Source: Clostridia bacterium
GTDB taxonomy: Bacteria; Bacillota; Clostridia; DUPQ01
Reading direction: 5' to 3'
DNA length: 48,190 nucleotides
Assembly (NCBI GenBank): GCA_041653455.1
Contig: JBAZFL010000001.1
Span: 1 to 48,190 of the forward strand
Shown: positions 33,505-42,965 of the stretch, piece by piece
Numbering within the stretch: position 1 is the stretch's first letter
Layout: every line of letters starts with the position of its first letter
Program-made: the position numbers and the translations under genes
The notes under the pieces: model-generated
What the model saw: only the letters and a program-made list of their open reading frames with translations
The model's database searches: none
What the model was told of the DNA's origin: nothing

Positions 33505-33658
33505 TGTGGATAGGTGAAAATAACCTGATAGCAACCTGTGGATAACTATGAATAATAATAAGAATAATAATATAAATTAAACACTTATGATACCGTGAAA
33601 ATCACTGGTCAAAATCACCGCATTTCGCCCATAATGTGTCAACTTGAAGTTATCCACC
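33505..33658. promoter_or_regulatory. Cluster of three DnaA-box-like 9-mers in an AT-rich intergenic region
   Basis: TGTGGATAG at 33505-33513. TGTGGATAA at 33537-33545, a perfect match to the R-box consensus TTATCCACA on the other strand. TTATCCACC at 33650-33658. Confidence 0.55.
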
Positions 33659-33776
33659 GCACACATTAACAACAACCACAAAATAAATAATAAATAAATA
33701 ATATTAAATACATCAAAAGAACACAACAACGCAAAACAAGCTCAAAACGCACGCTTCCCCCTATAGTAGGGAAATT

Positions 33777-34295
33777 ATGTTTATAAAACAGAATGCCAAA
33801 AATAGATTATGGAATGGTAATAAAAAACGGCACTTAAATTGTGGTGATATTACTATTTTGAATCCCGATGGCTCCGTTAAAAACGTAATACCAATAGAGA
33901 GTATTAAAAAAGCAAAAATCCGCAAAGAAAAGAAAATTGACGATTCTAGGGATAGTGAAAAGTATAATAATTGGCGTAGGGCTGTTTTAGCCAGAGATCA
34001 ATATAAATGCGTTTTGTGTGAATCAATAAAGAGAATTGAAGCGCATCACATAATAAGATGGATTGATGATATTAAAAAACGATTCAATCAAAAGAATGGT
34101 GTTGCACTTTGTTATGATTGCCACCAGAAATATCATAATTATAACAAAGAGCCATTCCCGAATAATATTACCAATGCACTAAAAAAATATATTAAATTTA
34201 GATATATGAAGGCTGAAATAATCAGCGAACCTCAAACCGATTACAACCTAGATCAAGCCGTGAATAGTCGAACAAACAAAAACGTGCCGGGGTAG
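33777..34295 (+). CDS. HNH endonuclease (terminase-associated position)
   Basis: CVLCESIKRIEAHHIIRW...NGVALCYDCHQKYH. First gene of the late operon, upstream of the terminase genes. Confidence 0.75.
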   Translation: MFIKQNAKNRLWNGNKKRHLNCGDITILNPDGSVKNVIPIESIKKAKIRKEKKIDDSRDSEKYNNWRRAVLARDQYKCVLCESIKRIEAHHIIRWIDDIKKRFNQKNGVALCYDCHQKYHNYNKEPFPNNITNALKKYIKFRYMKAEIISEPQTDYNLDQAVNSRTNKNVPG

Positions 34296-34468
34296 AGGCG
34301 GATATATCCCGATTTAGTCTTGATTTAGTCTGCAACCATAGTAATAAATTCAAGCACTTATAAAGTGCCCCTAATAGTGGTCTATAAAAAAACCGCAACG
34401 TGTCTGCCGAGAGCGAAGCGGCAAGGCGGAGAGATAGACAGTACAAAAGATAAGACTGTTCACCAAAC

Positions 34469-35143
34469 ATGAACGCTGACAAGAAACGAACAGAACTAAA
34501 CAACGGGGCAACGGCTACACTTAAAGAAGGCGATCAGATGACAAAGATCACAAACACAAAAAGCCAAGCCCCTAAAAATCAAGACGAAACAATATCTAAA
34601 ACAGCCGAAAAACCCAATACAATTACAAGCGTACAAACTAAAAGTAAGCCCACAGACAATCCTCAAGAGCCAAAAAAGACCAAAACAGGGAAAAAACCTC
34701 CAAAACCGTATAATCGTAAATATGATCGTAAAAATGTGATCGCCCTCAAACAACAAGGTTTGTCAATGACAGACATCGCAAAAATCGAGGGTACGTCAAT
34801 TACAACTATATCAAATTATCTGGATAGCATTGACCCACAACTCAAACAAATACAAAGATATAATAACTCTAAGGCTAATGCACTAAGCCTATCACAACTC
34901 AAGTTACAAACTGTCAGCAATATCTTAGTTGATAAGTGGATTGAACAACCTGAAATATTACAATCATTAGATATGAGGTTACAAAAAGAGCTTCTAGTCG
35001 CTTGCCAAGGTGCAAAAACGTACGAACACACAGCGGAACGCCTAGAAAGAGGCCAGACAACGCAGAATATAGGCCAACTAATAGCACACATTGAAGGGCT
35101 GCAAGCAGTGGATAACTCGCAAGTTATTAATGTTGATAACTAA
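34469..35143 (+). CDS. Terminase small subunit-like DNA-binding protein (tentative)
   Basis: Basic, low-complexity N-terminus and an LKQQGLSMTDIAKIEGTSITTISNYL HTH. Positioned between the HNH gene and TerL. The start may be the internal MTKITN. Confidence 0.45.
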   Translation: MNADKKRTELNNGATATLKEGDQMTKITNTKSQAPKNQDETISKTAEKPNTITSVQTKSKPTDNPQEPKKTKTGKKPPKPYNRKYDRKNVIALKQQGLSMTDIAKIEGTSITTISNYLDSIDPQLKQIQRYNNSKANALSLSQLKLQTVSNILVDKWIEQPEILQSLDMRLQKELLVACQGAKTYEHTAERLERGQTTQNIGQLIAHIEGLQAVDNSQVINVDN

Positions 35144-35436
35144 GCACTAGGATGTAAGTATGCGATATAATTCAATGTGCATATTTACATAATATAGGTT
35201 ATTGGACGTAAAACGCTGTAAGTTGCTGATATTGCTATGATGGGGTACGATGCACGATAAGTAGGCAGTTACATAGTAATAATAGTGTCATAAAGTATGA
35301 CATAACACAGGCAGGGGAAGCGTGCAAGGGAAGAAAAATAAAAGTCAGGTCAGTTGGAAGGGGTAGGTTGGGGGGTATGCCACCCTCGATATGTTGGTCA
35401 TGTGCCGTTGCTATTCCCCGAAAACAAAAGGAGTTT

Positions 35437-35640
35437 ATGGAAACAAGAATAGTTACTAATGGAAAGTGGTTTAAGCCGCAGTATAAAGTATTTAATCTGT
35501 TTTGGTGGGATATTCCATATACCGGGTCATTAACAACTTCAGGGGAAGCTGAACAGTACGCAGAAAATTTCAGAGATAAACATGAATGTAATCGTGGTAA
35601 ATGGGTGGCAGATCAGAGGCGTTACCAATGTCTTCCATAG
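35437..35640 (+). CDS. Hypothetical protein (67 aa)
   Basis: AAAGGAG RBS before METRIV. The ORF-track start at 35368 lacks an RBS. Confidence 0.45.
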   Translation: METRIVTNGKWFKPQYKVFNLFWWDIPYTGSLTTSGEAEQYAENFRDKHECNRGKWVADQRRYQCLP

Positions 35641-36302
35641 ACACATCTAAGCCACCAGAGAACAAAGCAGAGTTAGATGCCAAGATTAGGAAGGAATATC
35701 CCCTGTTCTTTATCGAGATGAATTACGCACAGGACAGGTTTGTTCGAATTAAGAATTCTAAAGGTGTTACTCCTCGTAGGAGAATCTTTGAGGCCGGCAA
35801 TAAATGTGGAAAAACCATGGGGGGGCTGATGGAAGACATTGCCCACATGATGGGATTCAGACCGTGGTTATTAAAGACTGACCCCGATTACCGGATTCCG
35901 ATTAAAGTACCCAACATAGGTATGTTGGGGTGTGAGACATATAAACATTCAGTAGCAGAGAAGATAGAACCCATGTTGAGATGGTTGGTTCCCTCTACCT
36001 GTCAACCTGTATTTAAGCCGGGTCCTACGGGTGTTTTAAATGTTTTGACTTTGCCGTTTGACGCTAAGGGTGGGAAGTGTGGTTCGAAGATGCACATTCG
36101 TTCTTACGATGAACAGGCTTCTACTTATGAAGGTCAGGATTATGATTGGCAACATTTTGATGAGCCTCCTCCCGAACCAATTTTAACAGCAGCGGAGCGT
36201 GGTAAAATCGTTACTAATGCACCAAGTTGGTTTACCATGACACCTCTTAAAGAAGCATATATATTTGATAAATTCAGTTCGAGGGCTGCTATTCATGCTT
36301 AA
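35601..36302 (+). CDS. terL: Terminase large subunit, N-terminal ATPase fragment
   Basis: Walker A FEAGNKCGKT, Walker B DYDWQHFDEPP, coupling motif WFTMTPL. The ORF stops shortly after motif III. Confidence 0.75.
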   Translation: MGGRSEALPMSSIDTSKPPENKAELDAKIRKEYPLFFIEMNYAQDRFVRIKNSKGVTPRRRIFEAGNKCGKTMGGLMEDIAHMMGFRPWLLKTDPDYRIPIKVPNIGMLGCETYKHSVAEKIEPMLRWLVPSTCQPVFKPGPTGVLNVLTLPFDAKGGKCGSKMHIRSYDEQASTYEGQDYDWQHFDEPPPEPILTAAERGKIVTNAPSWFTMTPLKEAYIFDKFSSRAAIHA

Positions 36303-36453
36303 AAGATTTACATATAAAGATTATTTAAAAAATATGAGCGTTAATTATCCTAAACAGGAACCATTACTAGAAAAAGTTTGGATTGAATACGGTAAATCTA
36401 AAATAAAACAATTAAAAGTAAAACGAATATTAGGCATCAAGAGAAATGCTTGA
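36265..36453 (+). CDS. Bridging ORF between the two TerL fragments (+1 frame); status uncertain
   Basis: An internal ATG at 36295 overlaps the stop of fragment 1 (ATGCTTAA). Its own stop overlaps the ATG of fragment 2 (ATGCTTGA). Confidence 0.3.
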   Translation: MINSVRGLLFMLKRFTYKDYLKNMSVNYPKQEPLLEKVWIEYGKSKIKQLKVKRILGIKRNA

Positions 36454-37465
36454 GAAGTTTGAAAAACAATTCATTCCTGATGAACTTGACGATGAGATAG
36501 CCGTTATCCGTGGGGAGATTTGGGATAACTGCGGAGATTGGTGTTACAAGTGCGATTTAGATGTTCCTGAAAATAAAGTTGTAAATGGAGAATTGAAAAG
36601 AATTATAAAAAAATGTCCCAAATGCGGACGGATTTTAGGTTTCATACCCAAGGTTGGTATTAACGAATACCTAAAGACACTTCCTCCTGATGAACGAGAG
36701 GCCAGAGAGAAGGGTATATGGCATCATCTTTCAGGTCTGGTTTACAAAGAACTGTCAAGAGAAAAACATTTATATGAAGATTTCCAAGTTCCTAAGTCAT
36801 GGATGAAGATAGAGGGCGTTGACCCACATGATGCTCGAGGAACTTGCTGGTTGTTCGGTGCGGTAAGTCCGGAAGAAATAGAAGTTCAAGGCAAAGTAAG
36901 ACACCGGATTTACTGTTTCGACTATTTGTATACCCATGATTCTATCGAGGACATTGTAAGGCAGGTTAAGTCAGTCAGGGCTATGCACGGATATACCGAA
37001 CCGTCTTTTGTTATCCTAGACGCTAAATTCGGCATTAAGTCAGGTTTGGGGTCTACAGACGAGGTGACGAGGTCATGGCAATCGGAACTAGAGAAAGAGG
37101 GTATCAGAAGAATTAAAATGTCTCATTCTGCTCCGGGAGATGTTGAGTTGGGACATAAGATTGTCAGGGAATATTTAAAAGACCATTATTCTAAAGTCAG
37201 ACAGGAAGCGAAACCCGGATTCCTTATGGCCAAGAAATCATGTTCGGGATTTAATTCTCCCATTCAGTATATGTTCAACTACCAGTATGACGACAAATCT
37301 CACAAACCAAAAGAGGAATACAAGGATTGGCCTGATATAGTCAGGTATTTTTGTCTTGAACAACCCATTTATAAGAGTCCTGAAGATATTAACGCTTCTG
37401 TAGTTTCTATTCAGGACAGGATGAACAAGACGATTTCCCTTAGAAGGATGGCTGTCAATGGATAA
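36446..37465 (+). CDS. terL: Terminase large subunit, C-terminal fragment (end of the ATPase domain, Zn ribbon, RNase-H-like nuclease)
   Basis: AVIRGEIWDN, CYKC...CPKCG, EAREKGIWHHLSGLVYKE, then nuclease motifs IEGVDPHDARG and FVILDAKFG. Confidence 0.75.
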   Translation: MLEKFEKQFIPDELDDEIAVIRGEIWDNCGDWCYKCDLDVPENKVVNGELKRIIKKCPKCGRILGFIPKVGINEYLKTLPPDEREAREKGIWHHLSGLVYKELSREKHLYEDFQVPKSWMKIEGVDPHDARGTCWLFGAVSPEEIEVQGKVRHRIYCFDYLYTHDSIEDIVRQVKSVRAMHGYTEPSFVILDAKFGIKSGLGSTDEVTRSWQSELEKEGIRRIKMSHSAPGDVELGHKIVREYLKDHYSKVRQEAKPGFLMAKKSCSGFNSPIQYMFNYQYDDKSHKPKEEYKDWPDIVRYFCLEQPIYKSPEDINASVVSIQDRMNKTISLRRMAVNG

Positions 37466-37560
37466 AGAAGTAGAGATGCTGATTCTTTTGTTAAGGCATT
37501 TGAAGGGTGTGATTTCGGCACTTGAGAAATATTTAGAATACAAGAAAGAAAAGGCGACCA

Positions 37561-39414
37561 ATGGCTAGACCCGACGACAAAGAATACGAGAAATTAAAGT
37601 GGATTTTAAAGCGTCTTAAAGACTCCGAAGATTATTGCCGTCCTTATTTTGAAAGAGCCAAGAGACATTACAGACTTTACAGATTTGGTACAGCAGTTAA
37701 TCAAGAGGATTGGCCTTATATAAACAGGGTAAAGACCAGAGATATACTTGCTTTTGTGGAAGACTCCACGGCTTTAATGATTCAGACACTATTCAGTCAG
37801 GAACCTTTCTTTGCTGTTGACGCTCGTAGGTGTACGGAGTTCGACAGACAGTTTGGAATAGACCCCATTCAAATATCTAAACAAATGGAAGTAGTTCTTC
37901 AGAATCAGATTTCCGATGAAGACACGGAATTCTTTGAAGAGACGGTAGACTTTTTTAAGTCTGGTGGTATTTACGGAAACGGTTACGAAGGTGTCTATCC
38001 TAGATTTGACGATAAAGGAGTTTATCTTGGGCCGTTAATTAAGGCAATAGATTTTTGGGACGTCCTACCGATAGCGGGAGCAAGGAGAGTTTCTAAGGCA
38101 AGGGGATTGTTTGTCAGAGAGTTTCTTTCAAGAGAAGACGCTTTGGCGTTCGCAAAGAAAGTCGGCAAAGCAGATTCTGTAGGAAAACTTCAAGGTGATT
38201 TCGGTGATATTGAAAGAACGTGGCACAAAGACCTTTTGGCTGAAGTAGGAATATCAGACTTTGACGTTAATTCTGAAGACGTAGAGGTATTTCATTATTT
38301 TTCGGGTGGTCATGTCATTTCCATGATGAACCGTGCTGTAATTGTCAGGGACTCCAATGAACCTGTGATGAACTCTCTTAACCAACCACAGGTAGTTAAA
38401 CCCTTCCCCTTCGACCACCCGATTATTCAATACAAATATATGCCCGTTCCTCTGGAATTTTTTGGCATGGGTATACCTGAAATACTGGAAGTCTTACAGG
38501 AAGATAAAAATCTTATCCGTTCCGCACGCAGAGATAACATAGACTTGGTAATAAACAAAGTCATTAAGGCTCGTGCAGGTTCGGAAATAAACTACGATTT
38601 AATTAAATACTATGCCGGAGCAATATGGCCTCTTGAAAACTTAACAGATATTGAGGTTCTCGATCAAGGTGATGTAACGCAGTCCTCGTATCTTGAAGAA
38701 GACAGAGTTGCCAAGGATATGGAAAACGCCCTTTCGTTCTTTGGGTATGCCAGAGGTATGACTCCTACGCACGAAGAACGCCCAACTACAGTTATGAAAT
38801 TACAACAGGCTTCTCTTAACAGATTAGACCTTATTGTTAAACTAACAGAGTTCACCGTATTAAGAAACATAGCAACGAGAATACTTCTTCTCACCAGACG
38901 TTATATGCCCCAAGCGACATACGAAGCACTATTGGGAGAACCGGATGCCGGATTTTATAAGATGTCCGAGGAACAAATAAGTAAATTCTTTATTGCTCGT
39001 CCGATAGGTTCAAGTGTGACCCATGTTAAAGAAATGCGCCAACAGCAGTCACAGTTGGCAATGCAGATGTTAATGCAGGTTGCTCCTGTAGCAAATCAGA
39101 GTGTTGAGCCTTTTAATATCAATTGGTATCAGGCAACCAAGTCAGGATTGGATAATTTAGACATTAAGAACACAGATCAGATTCTTATGAAACTTCAGCC
39201 ACAAGAAATACAGCAAATGCAGATGCAGCAGGAGCAGATGCAGCAGAAAGCAATGGCGCAGCAGCTTCAGCAGATAGCCTACGGAAAGGAAATTGAATTA
39301 GGTACGGCAGCTAAGTACGAAATAATCACAGATAATAACGAGGCTAAGAATCAGATAATTATAGATAAAGCAAAAGCACAAAACGAACCAAAACAACAGG
39401 AGAGCCATAAATGA
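37561..39414 (+). CDS. Portal protein
   Basis: 617-aa ORF immediately after TerL and before the scaffold and capsid genes. Gln-rich C-terminal tail. No motif-level proof. Confidence 0.65.
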   Translation: MARPDDKEYEKLKWILKRLKDSEDYCRPYFERAKRHYRLYRFGTAVNQEDWPYINRVKTRDILAFVEDSTALMIQTLFSQEPFFAVDARRCTEFDRQFGIDPIQISKQMEVVLQNQISDEDTEFFEETVDFFKSGGIYGNGYEGVYPRFDDKGVYLGPLIKAIDFWDVLPIAGARRVSKARGLFVREFLSREDALAFAKKVGKADSVGKLQGDFGDIERTWHKDLLAEVGISDFDVNSEDVEVFHYFSGGHVISMMNRAVIVRDSNEPVMNSLNQPQVVKPFPFDHPIIQYKYMPVPLEFFGMGIPEILEVLQEDKNLIRSARRDNIDLVINKVIKARAGSEINYDLIKYYAGAIWPLENLTDIEVLDQGDVTQSSYLEEDRVAKDMENALSFFGYARGMTPTHEERPTTVMKLQQASLNRLDLIVKLTEFTVLRNIATRILLLTRRYMPQATYEALLGEPDAGFYKMSEEQISKFFIARPIGSSVTHVKEMRQQQSQLAMQMLMQVAPVANQSVEPFNINWYQATKSGLDNLDIKNTDQILMKLQPQEIQQMQMQQEQMQQKAMAQQLQQIAYGKEIELGTAAKYEIITDNNEAKNQIIIDKAKAQNEPKQQESHK

Positions 39415-39740
39415 ACCCCGCCGACATGAAAAGAGAAATCTTGCAATCGTCCGAGTCAACAGGAATCAGAAAAAAACTTGTTTCAGGAGAAACAGGTTTA
39501 AATAGTGATGATATTATTGAAATGGGAAACGCTTTGGAAACTATGACCCAAAGCAAAGGTTGGTCTTATGTTTCAGCTTACATTATGAAAAACTCTAATC
39601 TTGTAAGTTTATTGTTTGGTACTGACGACCCCATATCAAAAGGTAAAGCACAAGCGTTAGTGTTGCTCGACCAATGGGTACAACAGACCATATTAGCCAA
39701 GAATGAAATACTAAAAAAGCAAAATGAAAAAGATAAATGA
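39411..39740 (+). CDS. Hypothetical protein (head morphogenesis region)
   Basis: ATGA overlap with the portal stop. Confidence 0.5.
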   Translation: MNPADMKREILQSSESTGIRKKLVSGETGLNSDDIIEMGNALETMTQSKGWSYVSAYIMKNSNLVSLLFGTDDPISKGKAQALVLLDQWVQQTILAKNEILKKQNEKDK

Positions 39741-39876
39741 GGTAATAGAGAAACCACTGGATACTATCGTTTCAGAGATTGAAACTATTCTACAACCATA
39801 TAGACGTGAGTTGAATATAGAGATAGAAAAAGTCAATCCCAAAACCATACGCATTACAGTCGAAATAAAAATCTAA
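39724..39876 (+). CDS. Small hypothetical protein (50 aa)
   Basis: Hand translation MKKINEVIEKPLDTIVSEIETILQPYRRELNIEIEKVNPKTIRITVEIKI. Overlaps the upstream ORF end. Confidence 0.35.
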   Translation: MKKINEVIEKPLDTIVSEIETILQPYRRELNIEIEKVNPKTIRITVEIKI

Positions 39877-39924
39877 AGCAGTTCGCCTAAAGGCCACCTC
39901 CTTATATCCAATAGGAGGATTACC

Positions 39925-40776
39925 GTGGATAAACAAGATGTGCAGGGAATCCCCGATGTTCAGGGACTAGATGCGTTAGTGTCTGAAACTCAGGAATCAA
40001 CCCCGACCCAAAATCAACCAGAAGTAAAAGAAACAAAAACAGAACAGTCAGTCCAGACTCCTACGGAAGAACTGGATTTGGCGCAGTTCAAAAATCCCAA
40101 GGAACTCTTAAAAGGTTACAAAGAGATTCAAGGGACGTTCACACGAACATCACAGGAGAATAAGACTCTCAAAGAACAACTAGCGCAGATGAATGAACAG
40201 ATAGAATTGATGCGTATGTCGCAGACAAGACCACCTGTTCAACAGCCACAGCAGAAAGATTTCGACCAGATGTTCTTGGAAAACCCTCAAGCAGCCGTTG
40301 AATCACTCGCAGAAAGAAAGGCGCAGGCACTTATGACGCAGAGTAAGATTCAGGATGTACTTGAGGAAGAGAATCTTAAAGAACCGAATGAGTTCACGGA
40401 ACGATATGCGTATGCAAAATTAGTGTCTCAACAGTACCCGCAATTAGTTACATCCACAGCAGGAGTAAGAAAATTATTTCAGTTAGGGGATAAGTTACGA
40501 GCGGAAAACCAGAAGACACAGGCATTCAAAGCAGTAAAAGCAGTTTTCGGTGAGGATGTTGATTTTGAAAAGTTTAAACAACTTATCAAAAAAGATTCTT
40601 CACCAGAAAGTAAAAATATAAATAACGCCTATATGCCCGATACCTCAAACTCACACGGGAACCAATCCGAATCGAATACGGGTCATAACGCTGATGCGGA
40701 AATCAGTGCAGCGGTAAGTAAAGGCGACCCAGACGGGGTCATTGCCGCAATATTTAAACAGCAAGGACTCCGATAA
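39925..40776 (+). CDS. Scaffolding protein
   Basis: Charged, Gln/Glu-rich, helical sequence directly upstream of the capsid gene. GTG start with an AGGAGG RBS. Confidence 0.6.
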   Translation: MDKQDVQGIPDVQGLDALVSETQESTPTQNQPEVKETKTEQSVQTPTEELDLAQFKNPKELLKGYKEIQGTFTRTSQENKTLKEQLAQMNEQIELMRMSQTRPPVQQPQQKDFDQMFLENPQAAVESLAERKAQALMTQSKIQDVLEEENLKEPNEFTERYAYAKLVSQQYPQLVTSTAGVRKLFQLGDKLRAENQKTQAFKAVKAVFGEDVDFEKFKQLIKKDSSPESKNINNAYMPDTSNSHGNQSESNTGHNADAEISAAVSKGDPDGVIAAIFKQQGLR

Positions 40777-40791
40777 TAAGGAGCATATAAA

Positions 40792-41988
40792 ATGGCTTTA
40801 GCATCAGGAAATTTTATGGTCGGCACTGGTGGTTATGGAACCACACTTGCCACTAAGTTAGATAAGATAGATTGTTCGCAGGTTTTAGCGGCAGTCTTGT
40901 TAGCAGATAAACAGTTACTTGGACACATCCGTATGGGTGCGTCAGGTACGACAGTTGAACATAATTGGTTGGAAGATGAACTTTCCCCGGCGTATGTTAT
41001 CGGTCAATCAGCGGCATCTACTACATTGACGATCAATAGTTTTGGAACATCAACCTCATTGAGACGATGTGTCCGTGATAATGCCGTTCTTCAACCGGCA
41101 GGGAAGCAGTGGTTGTTTCAGGTGTCGGCAACCAGTTCTTCAATTCTTTTAAATGGTGCAACTTACGGAAATACTACGGCTGGTTATGCAACATTTGACA
41201 CGGCTACAAAGTGTTACATTATTGCAAATCCCTATACCGATATTGCGGACGCTTCCGATGATATTTCTCAAGCTCGAAGCAAGAGAAAGAACTTCATGCA
41301 GATATTTGAACGGGCGGTGGCTATTTCACAGACCCGTAAGAATATGGACATGGAAGCGGTTCTGGACGAACTTCAGCTTCAGATTAAATACCGCACAATG
41401 GAAATCAAACGTGAATTGGATATGTCCGTTGTCCGTGGATTTGCCCGTGGCCTTACACCATCAGGTTCTTATGAACTAAGAACTATGGCTGGTTTGATTC
41501 AGTTGCTTCGTGACCCCGATCTTGATGGTGGTACTTACGAAGACACTACTGTTATCAATACAGCAGGTGCTTTGACTATCACAGCGTTAAATTCACTTTG
41601 TTACAAAGTATTCGATCAGGGTGGACTTGACGAAACAGCAGATCCGATTCTGGTAGTTGGCCCGAAACAGCAGCGGGTGGTTGCCGGAATGGAAAGTTAC
41701 CTGCGTAGAGTGGAACAGGGCGAAAGGAAAGTAGGTTACTACAGGGATATATTCCTTTCAGACATGGGTACGGAAATGCCTATTGTTATGGATAGGTGGA
41801 TGCCCGATGATCTATGTATGTTGCTCGACAGGTCGAGAGTTTCTCTTGTCCCGCTTCAGGGTGACGCATGGCACATCGAGAAAATGGCGAAGACAGGTCG
41901 TTCAGAGAAATGGCAGATTTCGGGTCAGTATACTCTTGAACTGAGAAATGCATCGAAGTGTCACGGTCTGCTTTACGGTTTAACCTAA
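40792..41988 (+). CDS. Major capsid protein
   Basis: AAGGAG RBS. 398 aa, placed after the scaffold gene. The N-terminal segment ...TVEHNWLEDEL... resembles the SU10/kuravirus-type capsid family as I recall it. Confidence 0.7.
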   Translation: MALASGNFMVGTGGYGTTLATKLDKIDCSQVLAAVLLADKQLLGHIRMGASGTTVEHNWLEDELSPAYVIGQSAASTTLTINSFGTSTSLRRCVRDNAVLQPAGKQWLFQVSATSSSILLNGATYGNTTAGYATFDTATKCYIIANPYTDIADASDDISQARSKRKNFMQIFERAVAISQTRKNMDMEAVLDELQLQIKYRTMEIKRELDMSVVRGFARGLTPSGSYELRTMAGLIQLLRDPDLDGGTYEDTTVINTAGALTITALNSLCYKVFDQGGLDETADPILVVGPKQQRVVAGMESYLRRVEQGERKVGYYRDIFLSDMGTEMPIVMDRWMPDDLCMLLDRSRVSLVPLQGDAWHIEKMAKTGRSEKWQISGQYTLELRNASKCHGLLYGLT

Positions 41989-41989
41989 A

Positions 41990-42955
41990 ATGATGAACGC
42001 ATTAGCTGAACAAAAAACTGATTACTTAAAGGCAAACCAAGATTGGCTCAAGTTTGTAGAGAACATGAGTAACAATACTGGAAATGCCTATGGTGAATCA
42101 TGGGTTACTAATGCAAAAGATAATCGGTCTTTAGTAAAAGAATGTGGATGGATTACAGAGGAACAGGATTCCCATGAAGGAAAAACAGTTGTCCTCTGTG
42201 GTGCATCACAATCCATTAAAAATCAGTTTAGCGCATTGAAGTCTATTTCTGACGACCCTGATTTTGTTTTGATAGGATTAACTTCAGGAATTAAGTTGCT
42301 TTTAGATAACGGTATTAAACCTAAATACTGCATGATGATGGATGGAAGTGTAAATCAGCAAAGATTTTGGGAAGGATTGGATATGTCTTTAACAAAGGAC
42401 ATAACTTTAATTGCTTCCGTGTGTTGCCCGAATGAACTGTTAAAAAAATGGCAGGGGAAAATCAAATTTATTGTTGTGTATTCACAGTATGGAAATCTGC
42501 ACAAGAAATTACAACAGTGGTACAAACCGATAAATGGGTGTGGTATTTTCTTCCATGCCCTTATGAGTCAGTATAACACAGCGGCAGCAGTTTCTTATCT
42601 GGTATTCGGGACACGCATAATAATCTTTGTCGGGAATGAATTATCTTTTCCCGAAGAAACCTCCCCATATTATGCAGACAGAAAAGACGAAAAGGATTTG
42701 TGGAAGCGAGGCAAGCATCCAGATATTTACGGAAAAGTTTGCTATACGAATTATATGCTTTTTTCCCTCAAGGTTGCACTTGAGGATTATTTAGGCAAGT
42801 TGCCGGGATTCTTTTTTAACTGCACAGAAGCAGGTATATTCGGAGTGAGTGCAAGATATGGAAACGTACCTTGGATTCAACAATTTAAACTTATCACAGG
42901 TATAGCCCATGCTCGTTCCATAATGAGAACAGGGCGACCTATTTACATACAGTAG
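41990..42955 (+). CDS. Maf-like (DUF115 / MptE-like fold) glycosyltransferase candidate 1
   Basis: KTVVLCGASQSI, GIKPKYCMMMDGS, ITLIASVCCPNELLKKW and YLVFGTRIIIFVGNELSF. This is the same motif order as motility-accessory-factor proteins and as the paralog at 44136. Confidence 0.6.
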   Translation: MMNALAEQKTDYLKANQDWLKFVENMSNNTGNAYGESWVTNAKDNRSLVKECGWITEEQDSHEGKTVVLCGASQSIKNQFSALKSISDDPDFVLIGLTSGIKLLLDNGIKPKYCMMMDGSVNQQRFWEGLDMSLTKDITLIASVCCPNELLKKWQGKIKFIVVYSQYGNLHKKLQQWYKPINGCGIFFHALMSQYNTAAAVSYLVFGTRIIIFVGNELSFPEETSPYYADRKDEKDLWKRGKHPDIYGKVCYTNYMLFSLKVALEDYLGKLPGFFFNCTEAGIFGVSARYGNVPWIQQFKLITGIAHARSIMRTGRPIYIQ

Positions 42956-42965
42956 GAAAATTAAA

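Noticed and set aside
34222-35091. Minus-strand ORFs 34222-34503, 34496-34756 and 34816-35091, opposite the TerS-like gene.
   Set aside because: They are antisense to a + strand gene in the late operon. They have Cys/Phe/Leu-rich nonsense-like composition and no RBS.
37238-37561. 107-aa minus-strand ORF between TerL and the portal gene, and a 36-aa + strand ORF at 37458-37568.
   Set aside because: The minus ORF is antisense to the TerL 3-prime end. The 36-aa ORF overlaps both neighbours and lacks a convincing RBS. Neither is supported well enough to call.
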